Assembly: GCA_963752285.1 (NCBI GenBank) | Contig: CAVVXN010000005.1 | Location: 576,001 to 640,000, forward strand | Source of the DNA: an uncultured Planctomycetota bacterium | GTDB lineage: Bacteria; Planctomycetota; PLA2; JAEUHO01 | DNA length: 64,000 nt | Reading direction: 5' to 3' | Shown: positions 62,273 through 64,000 of the stretch, piece after piece | Numbering within the stretch: position 1 is the stretch's first letter | How the letters are laid out: every line of letters starts with the position of its first letter | Position numbers and translations under genes: made by a program | Notes under the pieces: generated by a model | Told to the model about the DNA's origin: nothing | Seen by the model: the letters and a program-made list of their open reading frames with translations, nothing else | Databases searched by the model: none

Positions 62273-63829
62273 TCAGACGGCCGCCGCCGGCTCCTTCGCG
62301 CCGAACGCCTTCTCGACGATGCCCTTGTAGCCCTGGACCGCGGTGCGCTGGAGGTAGAGCGCGAGGCCGCGGAGCCCGCCGAGCTCCTCGCCCCCGCCCG
62401 CGCGGCCGGGCCCGCCGTGGATCATCTGCGGCAGCACGGTGCCCGGCGGCACGCTCTGCTCGGCCATCTTCTCGCTGCCGATCCAGACGCGACCGTTCCA
62501 CGGCGCGAGCTCGAGGACCGCCTGCTCCGCGAACGCCGGGTCGTCGGTGTACACGCTCGAGACGAGACAGCCCTCGCCGCGGCGGACGAGGTCGGCGGCC
62601 TCTGCCGCCGTGCCGTCGTACGCGAGCACGGTGGCGGCGGGGCCGAACACCTCGAGCTCGTGGAAGACGTCCGCGCGGGCGTCCTTCGCGACGAGCAGCG
62701 TGGGCGGAACGAAGAAGCCCGGCGTCCGAACGGGCTTCGAGCCACCCGTCGCGACCGCGGCGTGCTCGGCCAGGCGGTCGATGCCCGCGCGGACGTCGTC
62801 GAGCTGGGCGCGGCTCGCGAGGGGGCCCATGGTCGTCGCGGGGTCGGCGGGGTCGCCCGTGACGACGCGCGAGAGCTCGTCGAGGAGCGCGTCGCGCGCG
62901 GCCTCGGCCTTGTGGGCGGGGACGAGGATCCGCCGCACGGCGGTGCACTTCTGGCCCGTCTTCTGGCGCATGTCGAGCGCGACGTACTTCGCGAAGAGGC
63001 GCCACGTCTCGCTTCCCTCCTCGACGTCCGGTCCCAACACCGCGGCGTTCAGGGAATCGGCCTCGACGTTCACGTGGACGCCGTGCCGGAGGAGCCCCTC
63101 GTGCGAGCGGAGCTTCAGGCCGGTCGAGGCCGAGCCGGTGAAGGCGAGCGCGTCTTGCGGGCCCAGGTGGTCGAGCAAGTCCCCCGCGCTCCCCACGAGG
63201 ATCTGGAGCGCGCCCTCCGGAAGGAGGCCGCTCTCGATCGCGACCTTCGCCATGCGCCACGAGAGCATCGCGGTGGGGGTGCCCGGCTTCTCGATGACCG
63301 GAACGCCGGCGAGCCACGCGCACGCCGCCTTCTCGAACAGGTTCCAGGCCGGGAAGTTGAACGCGTTCACGTGGACGCCCACCCCGAGGCGGGGCACGAG
63401 CACGTGCTGACCCCAGAAACGCGGCGTCCGTCCGAGCTGGATGCCGTCGCCGTCCGCCAGGACGCGTCGGTCGCCGAGCGACTCGCCCAGGGCGCCGTAC
63501 CACGCGAGGGTTCCCGTGGCGCCGTCGATGTCGAACTTCGCGTCGCCCCGTGTCGTGCCGGCGTTCGCGATCGAGATCTCGATCAGCTCCTCGCGGGCCT
63601 CGTGGAGCGTCTTCGAGAGCGCCTTGAGGATCCGCCCCCGTTCGGCGAACGTCATCGCGCGGAGAGCAGGGCCGCCCACCTCGCGCGCGTGCCGGGCCAC
63701 CGCGCCGAGGTCGATGCCGCCGGTCGAGCACTCCGCCATCGGCGCCTCGGTCGTGGCGTTCACGAGCGTCGCCGTGGGCCCGGTGCCCTTCGTGAAGGCG
63801 CCTCGGACGTAGCTCTCGAGCGTGACCAT
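62273..63829 (-). CDS. PaaZ-N/BoxD-like CoA-semialdehyde dehydrogenase (ALDH)
   Basis: LESYVRG, MTFAERG..LK, DIDG, HVNAFNFPAW, FTGSA, EADSLN, GQKCTA (Cys), EVFGP, HGGPGRAGGGEELGG; SD AGGAG. Confidence 0.9.
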   Translation of the reverse strand: MVTLESYVRGAFTKGTGPTATLVNATTEAPMAECSTGGIDLGAVARHAREVGGPALRAMTFAERGRILKALSKTLHEAREELIEISIANAGTTRGDAKFDIDGATGTLAWYGALGESLGDRRVLADGDGIQLGRTPRFWGQHVLVPRLGVGVHVNAFNFPAWNLFEKAACAWLAGVPVIEKPGTPTAMLSWRMAKVAIESGLLPEGALQILVGSAGDLLDHLGPQDALAFTGSASTGLKLRSHEGLLRHGVHVNVEADSLNAAVLGPDVEEGSETWRLFAKYVALDMRQKTGQKCTAVRRILVPAHKAEAARDALLDELSRVVTGDPADPATTMGPLASRAQLDDVRAGIDRLAEHAAVATGGSKPVRTPGFFVPPTLLVAKDARADVFHELEVFGPAATVLAYDGTAAEAADLVRRGEGCLVSSVYTDDPAFAEQAVLELAPWNGRVWIGSEKMAEQSVPPGTVLPQMIHGGPGRAGGGEELGGLRGLALYLQRTAVQGYKGIVEKAFGAKEPAAAV

Positions 63830-63935
63830 CGTGGCTCCTCTCGCACGGGCGCCCGCCGGCTCGCGGGGCGGGCGGCCCACTCTATCCGGTGCCGAAGCGG
63901 GCGCGGTATCGTGTCCGGGAACCCGGGAGAGATGG

Positions 63936-64000
63936 ATGTCCGAGGACGCGCCGCTGGGCGACCTTCCCCACGAGGGCGGCGATTCGCGATCCCCGGAGGG
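63936..64000 (+). CDS. Possible start of a divergent gene running off the window
   Basis: TATCGT -10 (63907), SD GGGAG, ATG 63936, open to the window end; too short to identify. Confidence 0.3.
   Translation, partial: MSEDAPLGDLPHEGGDSRSPE

Overview
Very GC-rich bacterial chromosome segment, most likely an uncultivated Planctomycetota lineage (planctomycete-type 16S motifs such as CCTACGGGAGGCTGCAG and GGCTCACACAAGCGG, ~111-nt short 5S, many HEAT/TPR lipoproteins). It is mostly core genome: hslU(3' end)-aspS-thrS-infC-rpmI-rplT-pheST, an antisense-oriented 6S RNA, a LysM/L,D-transpeptidase, nnrE, a linked 16S-23S-5S operon, nadB-hflX, yajC-uORF-secDF, mnmA, HU, a vWA/HEAT/TPR lipoprotein operon facing a C25 (gingipain/PorU-like) peptidase, ispB, a phoBR-like pair, rhomboid, tRNA-Val, beta-CASP nuclease, lon, phosphodiesterase, dnaJ/cbpA, lpxH, radical SAM, dacB, rarA, suhB, an XPB helicase with a p52-like partner, and a PaaZ/BoxD-like ALDH. 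I found no CRISPR array, integrase or transposase. The most notable observations are: (1) a signal-peptide-bearing upstream ORF wedged between yajC and secDF with a switchable RNA structure over the secDF ribosome-binding site (candidate secretion-monitoring arrest peptide without a known motif); (2) tRNA-Ile/tRNA-Ala located behind the 5S terminator with their own promoter instead of in the ITS; (3) a TFIIH-like XPB plus p52-like gene pair; (4) a recurring leaderless-mRNA signature; (5) a candidate terminated sRNA or attenuator upstream of the rrn promoter; (6) an AUC start codon for infC. All calls are made by eye from motifs; no database searches were run.
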